Of a DNA stretch of 64,000 bases, positions 26,179 to 37,600 are shown in pieces. The stretch spans positions 3,658,001-3,722,000 of the forward strand of contig CATNEN010000008.1 of the NCBI GenBank assembly GCA_950097015.1, written 5' to 3'. Source of the stretch: Macrostomum hystrix. Its lineage: Eukaryota; Animalia; Platyhelminthes. The position numbers and the translations under genes are program-made. Each line of letters begins with the position of its first letter. Position 1 is the stretch's first letter. The notes under the pieces were generated by a model. It was given only the letters and a program-made list of their open reading frames with translations. It made no database searches and was not told where the DNA came from.

Positions 26179-27800
26179 TGAGTTCCCCTTCCAGCATTCG
26201 CTTATTGTGTTGTTTGATTCATATTTCTCCCAACTTCAGCATTTTTCCTTTGTGTTAAGTTGGTGTTTCGCTAAAAAATTAAATAAAGAACTTTCACGCA
26301 GCAATATAAAATCAAACGTATAACTAAAGTTGACAAGCCTGTTGCTAAATGCCAACTATAACGAGAGTAAAGTGAAATCAGCCAGCATTAAAAAATCCCC
26401 TTTTCATCTTTTATCCAACTAGGCATGAAAAAGTTTATGAAGCCAGATTCGAATCAGTTTTAAATGATCGAGTCAATGCTAAACAGTGAGCCATGAGGCA
26501 CTCTTTGATCAGCGCTTTGGTTCTCGGTTGACTGACAAACACAAGCAACACAGCTATAAACTGCTAGATTTGAAAGACATCACAACTTGGACATCCATTT
26601 CCTGCGCCGCTTCGAGTCATCAATCAAAACCTGCTGCCACATCGCGGCGAGTAATCAGCAAAAGAAATCTGCTTTCCAATTTTTAGCCAAAAGCAGCAAA
26701 ATTTTCTTCTCTCATTAATGTTGTTTTCTGCTACTTTGGTAATCCGATATCTTTTAAGGAGAGAAAATTCGTTGTCCCCACCCCAACAAAGAAGGTGGAT
26801 TCGGCTGAGCTGTTCAATTTAAAATCAAAATGCATTTTTTGAATAGGCAATGATCCTAGCTTCCTACTGCCTCGCAGATAGTAGTATGTTAGAAGTATAG
26901 CGGCAGTGATTTACCGTTTTGGATGTAAACATTTTTTTAAGACACTCACTGCTTCAGGCCCTCATAAACTAACTGCTTCAGGCCCTCATAAACTAACTGC
27001 TTCAGGCCCTCATAAACTAACTGCTTCAGGCCCTCATAAACTAACTGCTTCAGGCCCTCATAAACTAACTGCCTCAGGCCCTCATAAACTAACTGCTTCA
27101 GGCCCTCATAAACTAACTGCCTCAGGCCCTCATAAACTAACTGCTTCAGGCCCTCATAAACTAGCTGCCTCAGGCCCTCATAAGCTAACTGCTTCAGGCC
27201 CTCATAAACTAACTGCCTCAGGCCCTCATAAGCTAACTGCTTCAGGTCCTCATAAACTAGCTGCCTCAGGCCCTCATAAACTAGCTGCCTCAGGCCCTCA
27301 TAAACTAACTGCCTCAGGCCCTCATAAGCTAACTGCTTCAGGCCCTCATAAACTAGCTGCCTCAGGCCCTCATAAGCTAACTGCTTCAGGCCCTCATAAA
27401 CTAACTGCTTCAGGCCCTCATAAACTAACTGCTTCAGGCCCTCATAAACTAACTGCCTCAGGCCCTCATAAGCTAACTGCTTCAGGCCCTCATAAACTAA
27501 CTGCTTCAGGCCCTCATAAACTAACTGCCTCAGCCATCAAACACTAACTGCCTCAGGCCCTCATAAACTAACTGCCTCAGGCCCTCATAAACTAACTGCC
27601 TCAGGCCCTCATAAGCTAACTGCTTCAGGCCCTCATAAACTAGCTGCCTCAGGCCCTCATAAGCTAACTGCTTCAGGCCCTCATAAACTAACTGCTTCAG
27701 GCCCTCATAAACTAACTGCTTCAGGCCCTCATAAACTAACTGCCTCAGGCCATCAAACACTAACTGCCTCAGGCCCTCATAAACTAACTTCTTCAGGCCC

Positions 27801-29333
27801 TATATATATATATAGACGCAAAAAGTTAGATAGCTTTTGCGCGCACGCGCTCGCAGAACAGTCGGGAGGGGCAGGCCATGGCGGACTGGGGATCAAGTCC
27901 GATAGCCTGCAAGTCAGCCAACAGAGTGGTAATTAGCGTCACAGTTCTTCCTTGGCCGCGGCGCAGCCGCTCGGTCGGTTGGTGCAGGAGGACCAGCGCA
28001 AGCGGGTTTCGCTCGCCGCGACCGTGGCTCCTCAGACAGTGGCCCAGCAGCATCTGGCGGCGCCGGCGCAGGGTGACGCTCAGGGCTGGGACGCCGGCGC
28101 GAACCATCAGGTCTCTGGACGGCAGCCTCTCCGGGTAGTGCACGCCCAGGGCGTGGCGCAGCAGGGACCTGTATAGCGCGTCCAGGGTTTTCTCTCGCGT
28201 GGCGGTCATCGGCACTGCTTCCATGCCGTACAGAAGGATAGGCTCAACGGCAGCGCGGAAGAGGCGCACCTTCAGGCTGTCTCTTGCAGCAGAGTTGAAG
28301 ACGTTCCTGAGAAGGTGCGCCGCACGCCAGGCCTGATTCCTTCTGTCGGAGACGATGGAGTCGGGACTCATCACCAGGGAGCCGAGGTACCGAAAGTCCT
28401 CGCACACCGCGATGGCGTCTCCGTTGGGCAGATCTAGTGCCGGGGCGGTATCAGTGCCCACGTGCAGCACTTCTGTCTTCAGTGCGTTGATCATCAGTCC
28501 AACCCGAGCGCCCTCCTCGCAGAGTCTTATGAGAGCGCGTTGGGCAGCAGCTGGATCGCGACAGAGGAGTGCGATGTCGTCGGCATACGCAAGAGCCGGC
28601 AGCGGGACTGCAGGGTGTCGGGAGCTTCGACGTGGGACTAGCACATAGCCGTCGTCATCATGGAGAGACCGGCGCAGCACGTAGTCCACGACCATGATGA
28701 AAAGCAGAGGAGCCAGCGTGTCGCCCTGAAGGACGCCAGAGCTTGTGCTGAACTCATCAGTGGGGCCGTCGCTCGACTGAACAAATGCCCTGGAATCGCT
28801 GTACAGATCCATCACCGCAGCCACCAGTGCAGGGGGGACGCCGTAGTAGGACAGCAGCCATGCAATCGCTAGCCTGGCCACCGAGTCAAAAGCCTTCCGG
28901 AAATCCACGAAGACAATCGACACGGAGCGCAGGCGGGTCTTGCAGGCCTCAATGATTGAGCGGATGGTTGCAACCTGCTCAGTGGTGGACCTGCCTGGCC
29001 GAAAACCGCTCTGGAGACTCAGCAGCAGTGGGTTGAGACCTGGCAGGAGGCGGTTGCGCAGCACAGCATTCAGCAACTTTGCCGTGGTACATTCCAGCGC
29101 AATGCCACGCTGGTTGTCCAGGCTTGTAGAAGCCCCCTTCTTCGGGATGGAAACGATCTTGGAGGTGCGCCATTGTGGGGGCGCGCAGGCGGCCGCGTCG
29201 CCTCCAAGACTGCAGTGCTTGTTCAGCACCTCGGTGATGGCGGGGGTCAGCTCTGGTAGCTTCAGGACCCTGGGAGGAATCGTATCCACCCCAGCAGCGG
29301 CGTCGGCACGCATGGTCCTCAGAGCCCGGCCAA
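27801..29333 (-). mobile_element. 5'-truncated non-LTR retrotransposon (LINE; RTE-like clade by motif impression) with a (TA)n 3' tail
   Basis: Uninterrupted RT ORF; no endonuclease domain upstream; tail TATATATATATATA at 27801-27814; abrupt GC rise versus flanks. Confidence 0.9.
27826..29313 (-). CDS. Reverse transcriptase (non-LTR type), 495 aa from an internal Met
   Basis: Motifs IPKKG, RGIAL, QSGFRPGRST, FVDFRKAFDSV, GVLQGDTLAP, YADD, FRYLGS. Confidence 0.9.
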   Translation of the reverse strand: MRADAAAGVDTIPPRVLKLPELTPAITEVLNKHCSLGGDAAACAPPQWRTSKIVSIPKKGASTSLDNQRGIALECTTAKLLNAVLRNRLLPGLNPLLLSLQSGFRPGRSTTEQVATIRSIIEACKTRLRSVSIVFVDFRKAFDSVARLAIAWLLSYYGVPPALVAAVMDLYSDSRAFVQSSDGPTDEFSTSSGVLQGDTLAPLLFIMVVDYVLRRSLHDDDGYVLVPRRSSRHPAVPLPALAYADDIALLCRDPAAAQRALIRLCEEGARVGLMINALKTEVLHVGTDTAPALDLPNGDAIAVCEDFRYLGSLVMSPDSIVSDRRNQAWRAAHLLRNVFNSAARDSLKVRLFRAAVEPILLYGMEAVPMTATREKTLDALYRSLLRHALGVHYPERLPSRDLMVRAGVPALSVTLRRRRQMLLGHCLRSHGRGERNPLALVLLHQPTERLRRGQGRTVTLITTLLADLQAIGLDPQSAMACPSRLFCERVRAKAI

Positions 29334-29566
29334 CATAAACTAACTTCAGGCCCTCATAAACTAACTGCTTCAGGCCCTCATAAACTAACTGCTTCAGGCC
29401 CTCATTCCTAAAGGGCCCTGAAGGCCCGGAAGTAAGGTAGACTACTTCCTAAATCTCATCAGTGTCGGATGATGTCGCCTCATGTCCTGCAACCGTTCAG
29501 GTAAAAAAGCATAGAAAAATGCAAAAAAGGTTGTGAGTGACAAAAATAAACATCAAACGGTTTTCG

Positions 29567-29572
29567 TTTATT
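29567..29572 (-). terminator. Candidate polyadenylation signal (AATAAA) of BiP
   Basis: TTTATT on the plus strand about 370 nt downstream of the BiP stop. Confidence 0.45.
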
Positions 29573-29943
29573 GACAACGCGAATACTAGCCGACCTCCAG
29601 TCACAAGGAGATTTTATCGACAATATGAAATTTCAGAATCTCTCCGTGAAAACATATTCAGAAACACAGATACATTCAGTTCCATACATTGCAAAACTGT
29701 TAAACGCATTCAGAAATGCACAAAAAACTGTTTCTAACTGAAGCTTTTACTTTTAAGAAACATCGTAGGCCGAAGTCTGAATAATTTGATTTAGCAAATT
29801 AGCAAAGCACTTTCATTCACCAATTTTGAGTTCATGCTACAAAATTATAGTAGGAAAACGAAAAACTAAATAACGCGGGACGTTTGGCAACAAATAGACA
29901 ATTGGACATATCTGAATCTAAAATACATAATGTACAGTCTTCA

Positions 29944-32358
29944 CTACAGTTCCTCTTTACTGTCCGATTCACCACCCGGCTGCTGCTGCTGCTGTTGCTG
30001 GCCGCCGGGCTGCTGCTGGTACAGCTTGCTCACAATCGGCTGAACAACATCCTCCAGCTCCTTCTTCTTGGCCTTGAAGGTCTCCGTGTCCGCCTGCTGG
30101 TTCTTCTCCAGCCAGTCGATGGCTGTCTGGATGGCTGCCTCCATCTTGGACTTCTCCTCGGCGCTGACTTTGCCGCCGAGTTTCTCCTTGTCAGCCAGTT
30201 GAGTCTTCATCGAGTAGGCGTATGACTCCAGCTCGTTCTTGGCCTCCACTCGCTCCTTCACCTGCCGGTCCTGATCAGCGAACGTGTCGGCGTCCTTGAT
30301 CATCTTCTCGATCTCCTCCGGACTGAGGCGGTTCTGGTCCTTGTTGATGACGATCTTATTCTTGGTGCCTGTGCCCTTGTCCTCGGCTGAGACCTGGAGT
30401 GCGTTGTCGAGAATTCCGTATTTTAGATATATTTGGCAAACAGGATTCGGATAATTTTCTCTGGAGAATATCGCTACATTTCTATAGATGCCCTCTCCTC
30501 TCCTCTCCTCTCCTCTCCTCTCAACTCCACTCCTGTTCTCTTCTCCACTGCACTCACCTGCAGAATGCCGTTGGCGTCTATCTCGAAGGTGACCTCAATC
30601 TGGGGCACGCCGCGGGGCGCCTTCGGAATGCCGGTCAGGTCGAACTTGCCCAGGAAGTGGTTGTCCTTGGTCATCGGGCGCTCACCTTCGTACACCTGGA
30701 TTGTGACTGTGGGCTGGTTGTCGGCAGCTGTGGAGAACACCTGGGATCGCTTGGTGGGGATGGCAGTGTTCCTTTGGATCAGTTTGGTCATGACTCCGCC
30801 CACAGTCTCGATGCCAAGGGTCAGCGGAGCGACGTCGATTAGCACAGGATCTCCGGGAACGTCGGTAGCGCCGCTGAGAAGGCCAGCCTGAACTGCCGCA
30901 CCGTAGGCCACCGCCTCGTCAGGGTTGATGCCCCGGCTCGGCTCTTTGCCGTTGAAGAATTCCTTCACCAGCTGCTGCACCTTCGGGATGCGGGTGGAGC
31001 CACCGACCAGCACAATCTCGGCGATGTCCTCCTTCTTCATGTCGGCGTCCTCGAGCACCTTCTGCACTGGCTTGAGTGTGTTGCGGAACAAGTCCATGTT
31101 GAGCTCCTCAAAGCGAGCTCGAGTCAGCGTCTCGGAGAAGTCCTCGCCGTCGTACAGCGACTCGATCTCCAGCCTGACGGTGTGTGCGGACGACAGGGCG
31201 CGCTTGGCCTTCTCAACTTCTCGACGGAGCTTCTGGACCGCCCGATTGTCGGTGCGCAGATCTTTGCCAGTCTTTTTCTTGTACAGCTTGATGAAGTACT
31301 CCATAACGCGCTGATCAAAGTCCTCACCTCCAAGGTGAGTATCGCCGTTAGTGGCCACCACTTCAAAGACGCTGTTGTCGATAGTGAGAAGCGAGACGTC
31401 GAAGGTGCCGCCGCCCAAGTCGAACACCAGGATGTTCTTCTCGGCGCCCTTCTTGTCGAGGCCGTAAGCGATGGCGGCAGCCGTGGGCTCGTTGATGATG
31501 CGCATGACGTTGAGGCCTGCAATCACGCCGGCGTCCTTCGTGGCCTGACGTTGGGCGTCGTTGAAGTAGGCCGGCACGGTGACGACAGCGTGAGTGACCT
31601 TCTTGCCCAGGTAGGACTCGGCGATCTCCTTCATCTTGCCCAGCACCATGGCGGAGATCTCCTCCGGAGCGAAGGTCTTCGTTTCGGCGCCGACTTTCAC
31701 CTAACAGAATGCGCAGAGGTTTAGGGGCATGTTTAAGCACAGGTTATTCTGTAAGTCGTTGCTTGGTCTGGGGCTAATAAGTACTGGGGCTTTTTCAAAG
31801 CAAGGCTGCTTACCTGCACTGAAGGCTTATTAGATCGATTGATGACAGTGTACGGCAACAGCTTAATGTCCTTCTGCACCGTGCTATCATCGTAGTTGCG
31901 TCCAATAATTCGCTTGACATCGAAAATCGTATTCTCCGGGTTGGTAGTCAGCTGGTTCTTCGCAGCGTCGCCAATCAGACGCTCGCCATCGGCTGTGAAC
32001 GCCACGTAGGACGGAGTGATGCGATTGCCCTGGTCGTTAGCGATAATTTCCACGCGACCGTTCTTGAACACACCGACGCTAGAAGGGACAAAAGGAAGGA
32101 TTGAAGAAATCGTTAATACTACTGGTTAGTAGGATAACAGTCTACAGGACGACCCGTGACCAATTCTGTACATTCCACTGAACATAACACACGGCACACA
32201 AAGCAGACTCACCATGAGTAGGTGGTGCCCAGGTCGATGCCGATCACTGTACCGACGTCTTCCTTCTGCTTGGCTTCATCGGCGGCTGAGCCTCTGGTTG
32301 GGCCGAAAATCAGCAGCGAAGCTAGAACCGCTGCGCAAAGCACTGTCGACTTTTTCAT
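29944..32358 (-). CDS. HSPA5: ER-lumen Hsp70 chaperone BiP/GRP78; exons 32213-32358, 31814-32078, 30558-31700, 29944-30393; 667 aa
   Basis: N-terminal signal peptide ([19 protein letters not shown]...), Hsp70 signatures [26 protein letters not shown] and [15 protein letters not shown]-terminal ER-retention-type KEEL; GT-AG introns with phases 2,0,0. Confidence 0.97.
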
Positions 32359-32466
32359 CTGGAATTCAGATTTATTTGTATAAGTAAAGGCTATTAAGAT
32401 TTCTGAATTGATTTCACGTTCGAAGTGATAAATAAGTTAATTGAGTAGACTCAAGAGTAGACTTAC
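32359..32466 (-). other. Putative 5'-UTR intron of BiP (108 nt) ending immediately before the ATG
   Basis: Minus strand AAG|GTAAGT at 32466 and TTCCAG|ATG at 32359. Confidence 0.65.
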
Positions 32467-32664
32467 CTTAGCAATGCCTGTTATGCTTGCAGTTAAAACA
32501 GAACAGAATTGAAAACTGTAGATTAGCAGTTTATTGCAATGAGTGGCTTTAGCAGTTGTAGCGCTAAGGCTTGGGCGCTCGGAGAGTTTAGCTTGTCTGG
32601 ATTGTTAATCTCTGTCTTGTTTAGGAAGGTTTGAGATGGAGAAACAGTCTGGCAAATTCGCCTG

Positions 32665-32732
32665 CTTAAATACTATGTAAGTTGACGTGTCATCTCGTGG
32701 TGCTCTCTGATTGGTTAGAATTTTCTAGAAAA
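32665..32732 (-). promoter_or_regulatory. BiP core promoter: HSE (32717-32731), ERSE CCAAT-N9-CCACG (32696-32714), TGACGTGTCA (32683-32692), TATA-like TATTTAA (32666-32672)
   Basis: Minus strand reads CCAATcagagagcaCCACG with exact N9 spacing; plus strand aGAAttTTCtaGAAa is a perfect three-unit HSE; all lie just upstream of BiP. Confidence 0.8.
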
Positions 32733-33505
32733 CTCCAGTCTAATAATACAATTAAATGCGAACGATGACGTTGCCTAGAATGTATATGGGCGGTGGTGGA
32801 TTCCCCGCCCCTATCCAACCCGAGGGCTAAATTTAGAAATACGTGCGTATGTTTCAAAAGATATGAAAATGAATTGAGTGGACCTTAGGAGAAGGAAATA
32901 AAACATTATCAAATAATTTAACAAAACTGACAAAACTTTTTATCTCATTTTAACCCGAGTCGGCGAGTTCTTAGGACCTAAGTGCTAAGTCTTAGTTCTT
33001 AGGACTTAGGATGTATATTTTTCATCGAAATTCGTCAGCTTCGTAAGGTCCACATCCTTTCGATACGACTTTTAAAATAGTTGCAAATATTTTTTAATGG
33101 TTCTCTGTGATAAAAAAATCTAAAATATCCTACAATTACAAATATTTGAAGCCTACGAGTGATAAGTTAAAAAAAACATTTTCATATCCTAAAATCTCAA
33201 TCTAAAAATATTGAAGTGACATCTGATGTTTTGATTAGAAAAAAGTATTTCTTTTTTAGGCTTAATTGGCTGTTTAGTTCGTCGCATGGTCAGGAAAAAA
33301 AACAGCTCACGCGGGCATAGCGTGTTTTACCAAATCTAAAAATAGAACTTGCACTCTTCTCACTCCCCCCAAACTACTGAAGTGAGGTCAACACGAAGAT
33401 AATGTACATGATCACCCACCCCTCCTCCGCAAAGCCTCCCTCTCTCCCCTCCCTCGCGGAGCCAGATAAAGTTATTTTTAGCTGAGTTTTTGCCGAAGTC
33501 TTAGC

Positions 33506-33536
33506 TGACGTGTCATTCGTGTAAAGCCCACGTGGC
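33506..33536. promoter_or_regulatory. Second bZIP-site cluster: TGACGTGTCATTCGTG plus CCACGTGGC
   Basis: Near-copy of the proximal TGACGTGTCATCTCGTG; ACGT-core motifs typical of XBP1/ATF6/CREB3 sites. Confidence 0.5.
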
Positions 33537-33889
33537 ATGCGACTATTTGGTGATGTTTATACGATAAGAATGAAGGTCTGGCGAATAGCAGAGAAGACGT
33601 TTGAATGGGACGATTTCGTCAGCTTCGTTTGGTTTCGTCAGAGTTTAGTTTCTTCAGGCCTTCTATTCTCTTAATTTTCTTTTCTATTCTCTTCTAATCT
33701 CCTAATCTTAACGAAGGCAGTCCGTGGTTTCGAAGTTTAGCTCAATTAATAAGATTAAAAAAATGCATTTATAACTTCAAGCTTTCAAAATAACTTCTGT
33801 GGAATCAATTAAAAGTGCGAAAAATAAAAATTCATTGTCGCTATTACGCTTTTTTCATATGATCAATGTGGTATACGAGCGTTGAAGCG

Positions 33890-34685
33890 CAGCAGACTCC
33901 TTAGCAAGAAGCGCAGCAGACTCCTTAGCAAGAAGCGCAGCAGACTCCATAGCAAGAAGCGCAGCAGACTCCTTAGCAAGAAGCGCAGCAGACTCCTTAG
34001 CAAGAAGCGCAGCAGACTCCATAGCAAGAAGCGCAGCAGACTCCTTAGCAAGAATCGCAGCAGACTCCATAGCAAGAATCGCAGCAGACTCCTTAGCAAG
34101 AAGCGCAGCAGACTCCATAGCAAGAATCGCAGCAGACTCCATAGCAAGAAGCGCAGCAGACTCCTTAGCAAGAATCGCAGCAGACTCCTTAGCAAGAAGC
34201 GCAGCAGACTCCTTAGCAAGAATCGCAGCAGACTCCTTAGCAAGAATCGCAGCAGACTCCATAGCAAGAATCGCAGCAGACTCCATAGCAAGAATCGCAG
34301 CAGACTCCATAGCAAGAATCGCAGCAGACTCCTTAGCAAGAATCGCAGCAGACTCCATAGCAAGAATCGCAGCAGACTCCATAGCAAGAAGCGCAGCAGA
34401 CTCCTTAGCAAGAAGCGCAGCAGACTCCATAGCAAGAAGCGCAGCAGACTCCATAGCAAGAAGCGCAGCAGACTCCATAGCAAGAAGCGCAGCAGACTCC
34501 ATAGCAAGAAGCGCAGCAGACTCCATAGCAAGAAGCGCAGCAGACTCCTTAGCAAGAAGCGCAGCAGACTCCATAGCAAGAATCGCAGCAGACTCCATAG
34601 CAAGAAGCGCAGCAGACTCCTTAGCAAGAATCGCAGCAGACTCCATAGCAAGAAGCGCAGCAGACTCCTTAGCAAGAATCGCAGA
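33890..34685. repeat. 24-bp minisatellite AGCAAGAA(G/T)CGCAGCAGACTCC(T/A)T, about 33 copies
   Basis: 24-bp periodicity. Confidence 0.97.
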
Positions 34686-34689
34686 AGAA

Positions 34690-37600
34690 TCTCCAGCTAG
34701 AATGGTAGAAGAATCAGCTAGAATGATAGAAGAATCTGCTAGAATGGTAGAAGAATCAGTTAGAATCGTAGAAGAATCAGCTAGAATGGTAGAAGAATCA
34801 GCTAGAATGATAGAAAAATCTGCTAGAATAGTAGAAGAATCTGCTAGAATGGTAGAATAGTCAGCTAGAATGGTAGAAGAATCTGCTAGAATGATAGAAA
34901 AATCTGCTAGAATGGTAGAAGAATCTGCTAGAATGGTAGAATAGTCAGCTAGAATGGTAGAAGAATCTGCTAGAATGGTAGAAGAATCTGCTAGAATGGT
35001 AGAAGAATCTGCTAGAATGGTAGAAGAATCAGCTAGAATGGTAGAATAGTCAGCTAGAATGGTAGAAGAATCTGCTAGAATGGTAGAAGAATCTGCTAGA
35101 ATGGTAGAAGAATCTGCTAGAATGGTAGAAGAATCTGCTAGAATGGTAGAAGAATCTGCTAGAATGGTAGAAGAATCTGCTAGAATGATAGAAGAATCTG
35201 CTAGAATGATAGAAGAATCTGCTAGAATGGTAGAAGAATCAGCTAGAATGGTAGAAGAATCAGCTAGAATGGTAGAAGAATCTGCTTGAATGGTAGAAGA
35301 ATCTGCTAGAATGGTGGAAGAATCTGCTAGAATGGTAGAAGAATCTGCTAGAATGGTAGAAGAATCTGCTAGAATGATAGAAGAATCTGCTAGAATGGTA
35401 GAAGAATCTGCTAGAATGGTAGAAGAATCTGCTAGAATGGTAGAAGAATCAGCTAGAATGGTAGAAGAATCTGCTAGAATGGTAGAAGAATCAGCTAGAA
35501 TGGTAGAAGAATCTGCTAGAATGGTAGAAGAATCTGCTAGAATGGTAGAAGAATCTGCTAGAATGGTAGAAGAATCAGCTAGAATGGTAGAAGAATCTGC
35601 TAGAATGGTAGAAGAATCTGCTAGAATGGTAGAAGAATCTGCTAGAATGGTAGAAGAATCTGCTAGAATGGTAGAAGAATCTGCTAGAATGGTAGAAGAA
35701 TCTGCTAGAATGGTAGAAGAATCTGCTAGAATGGTAGAAGAATCAGCTAGAATGGTAGAAGAATCAGCTAGAATGATAGAAGAATCTGCTAGAATGGTAG
35801 AAGAATCTGCTAGAATGGTAGAAGAATCAGCTAGAATGGTAGAAGAATCTGCTAGAATGGTAGAAGAATCTGCTAGAATGGTAGAAGAATCAGCTAGAAT
35901 GGTAGAAGAATCAGCTAGAATGATAGAAGAATCTGCTAGAATGGTAGAAGAATCTGCTAGAATGGTAGAAGAATCTGCTAGAATGGTAGAAGAATCTGCT
36001 AGAATGGTAGAAGAATCTGCTAGAATGGTAGAAGAATCAGCTAGAATGATAGAAGAATCTGCTAGAATGGTAGAAGAATCTGCTAGAATGGTAGAAGAAT
36101 CAGCTAGAATGATAGAAGAATCTGCTAGAATGGTAGAAGAATCAGCTAGAATGGTAGAAGAATCTGCTAGAATGGTAGAAGAATCTGCTAGAATGGTAGA
36201 AGAATCAGCTAGAATGGTAGAAGAATCAGCTAGAATGGTAGAAGAATCAGCTAGAATGGTAGAAGAATCAGCTAGAATGGTAGAAGAATCAGCTAGAATG
36301 GTAGAATACTATGCTAGAATGGTAGAAGAATCTGCTAGAATGATAGAAGAATCTGCTAGAATGGTAGAAAGAATCTGCTAGAATGGTAGAAGAATCAGCT
36401 AGAATGGTAGAAGAATCAGCTAGAATGGTAGAAGAATCAGCTAGAATGGTAGAAGAATCTGCTAGAATGGTAGAAGAATCTGCTAGAATGGTAGAAGAAT
36501 CAGCTAGAATGATAGAAGAATCTGCTAGAATGGTAGAAGAATCTGCTAGAATGGTAGAAGAATCAGCTAGAATGATAGAAGAATCTGCTAGAATGGTAGA
36601 AGAATCAGCTAGAATGGTAGAAGAATCTGCTAGAATGGTAGAAGAATCTGCTAGAATGGTAGAAGAAATCTGCTAGAATGGTAGAAGAATCAGCTAGAAT
36701 GGTAGAAGAATCAGCTAGAATGGTAGAAGAATCAGCTAGAATGGTAGAATACTATGCTAGAATGGTAGAAGAATCAGCTAGAATGGTAGAAGAATCAGCT
36801 AGAATGATAGAAGAATCAGCTAGAATGGTAGAAGAATCTGCTAGAATGGTAGAAGAATCTGCTAGAATGGTAGAAGAATCAGCTAGAAATGGTAGAAGAA
36901 TCAGCTAGAATGGTAGAAGAATCTGCTAGAATGGTAGAAGAATCAGCTAGAATGGTAGAAGAATCAGCTAGAATGATAGAAGAATCTGCTAGAATGGTAG
37001 AAGAATCTGCTAGAAATGGTAGAAGAATCAGCTAGAATGGTAGAAGAATCAGCTAGAATGATAGAAGAATCTGCTAGAATGGTAGAAGAATCTGCTAGAA
37101 TGGTAGAAGATCTGCTAGAATGGTAGAAGAATCTGCTAGAATGGTAGAAGAATCTGCTAGAATGGTAGAAGAATCAGCTAGAATGATAGAAGAATCTGCT
37201 AGAATGGTAGAATCTGCTAGAATGGTAGAAGAATCAGCTAGAATGATAGAAGAATCTGCTAGAATGGTAGAAGAATCAGCTAGAATGGTAGAAGAATCTG
37301 CTAGAATGGTAGAAGAATCTGCTAGAATGGTAGAAGAATCTGCTAGAATGGTAGAAGAATCAGCTAGAATGGTAGAAGAATCAGCTAGAATGGTAGAAGA
37401 ATCAGCTAGAATGGTAGAATACTATGCTAGAATGGTAGAAGAATCAGCTAGAATGGTAGAAGAATCAGCTAGAATGGTAGAAGAATCAGCTAGAATGGTA
37501 GAAGAATCTGCTAGAATGGTAGAAGAATCTGCTAGAATGGTAGAAGAATCAGCTAGAATGGTAGAAGAATCAGCTAGAATGGTAGAAGAATCTGCTAGAA

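Larger units (their letters stand above)
26945..29405. repeat. 24-bp minisatellite CTTCAGGCCCTCATAAACTAACTG (26945-27800, resuming 29334-29405), split by a LINE insertion
   Basis: Same unit and orientation on both sides of the retroelement. Confidence 0.95.

Noticed and set aside
30399-31724. Plus-strand ORFs overlapping BiP
   Set aside because: Antisense shadows caused by GC3-rich Hsp70 codon usage
33855-34700. SKKRSRLL / MESAALLA repeat ORFs as a basic adhesive- or protamine-like protein
   Set aside because: Open in three frames on both strands, with no signal peptide, ATG context or unique flanking coding sequence
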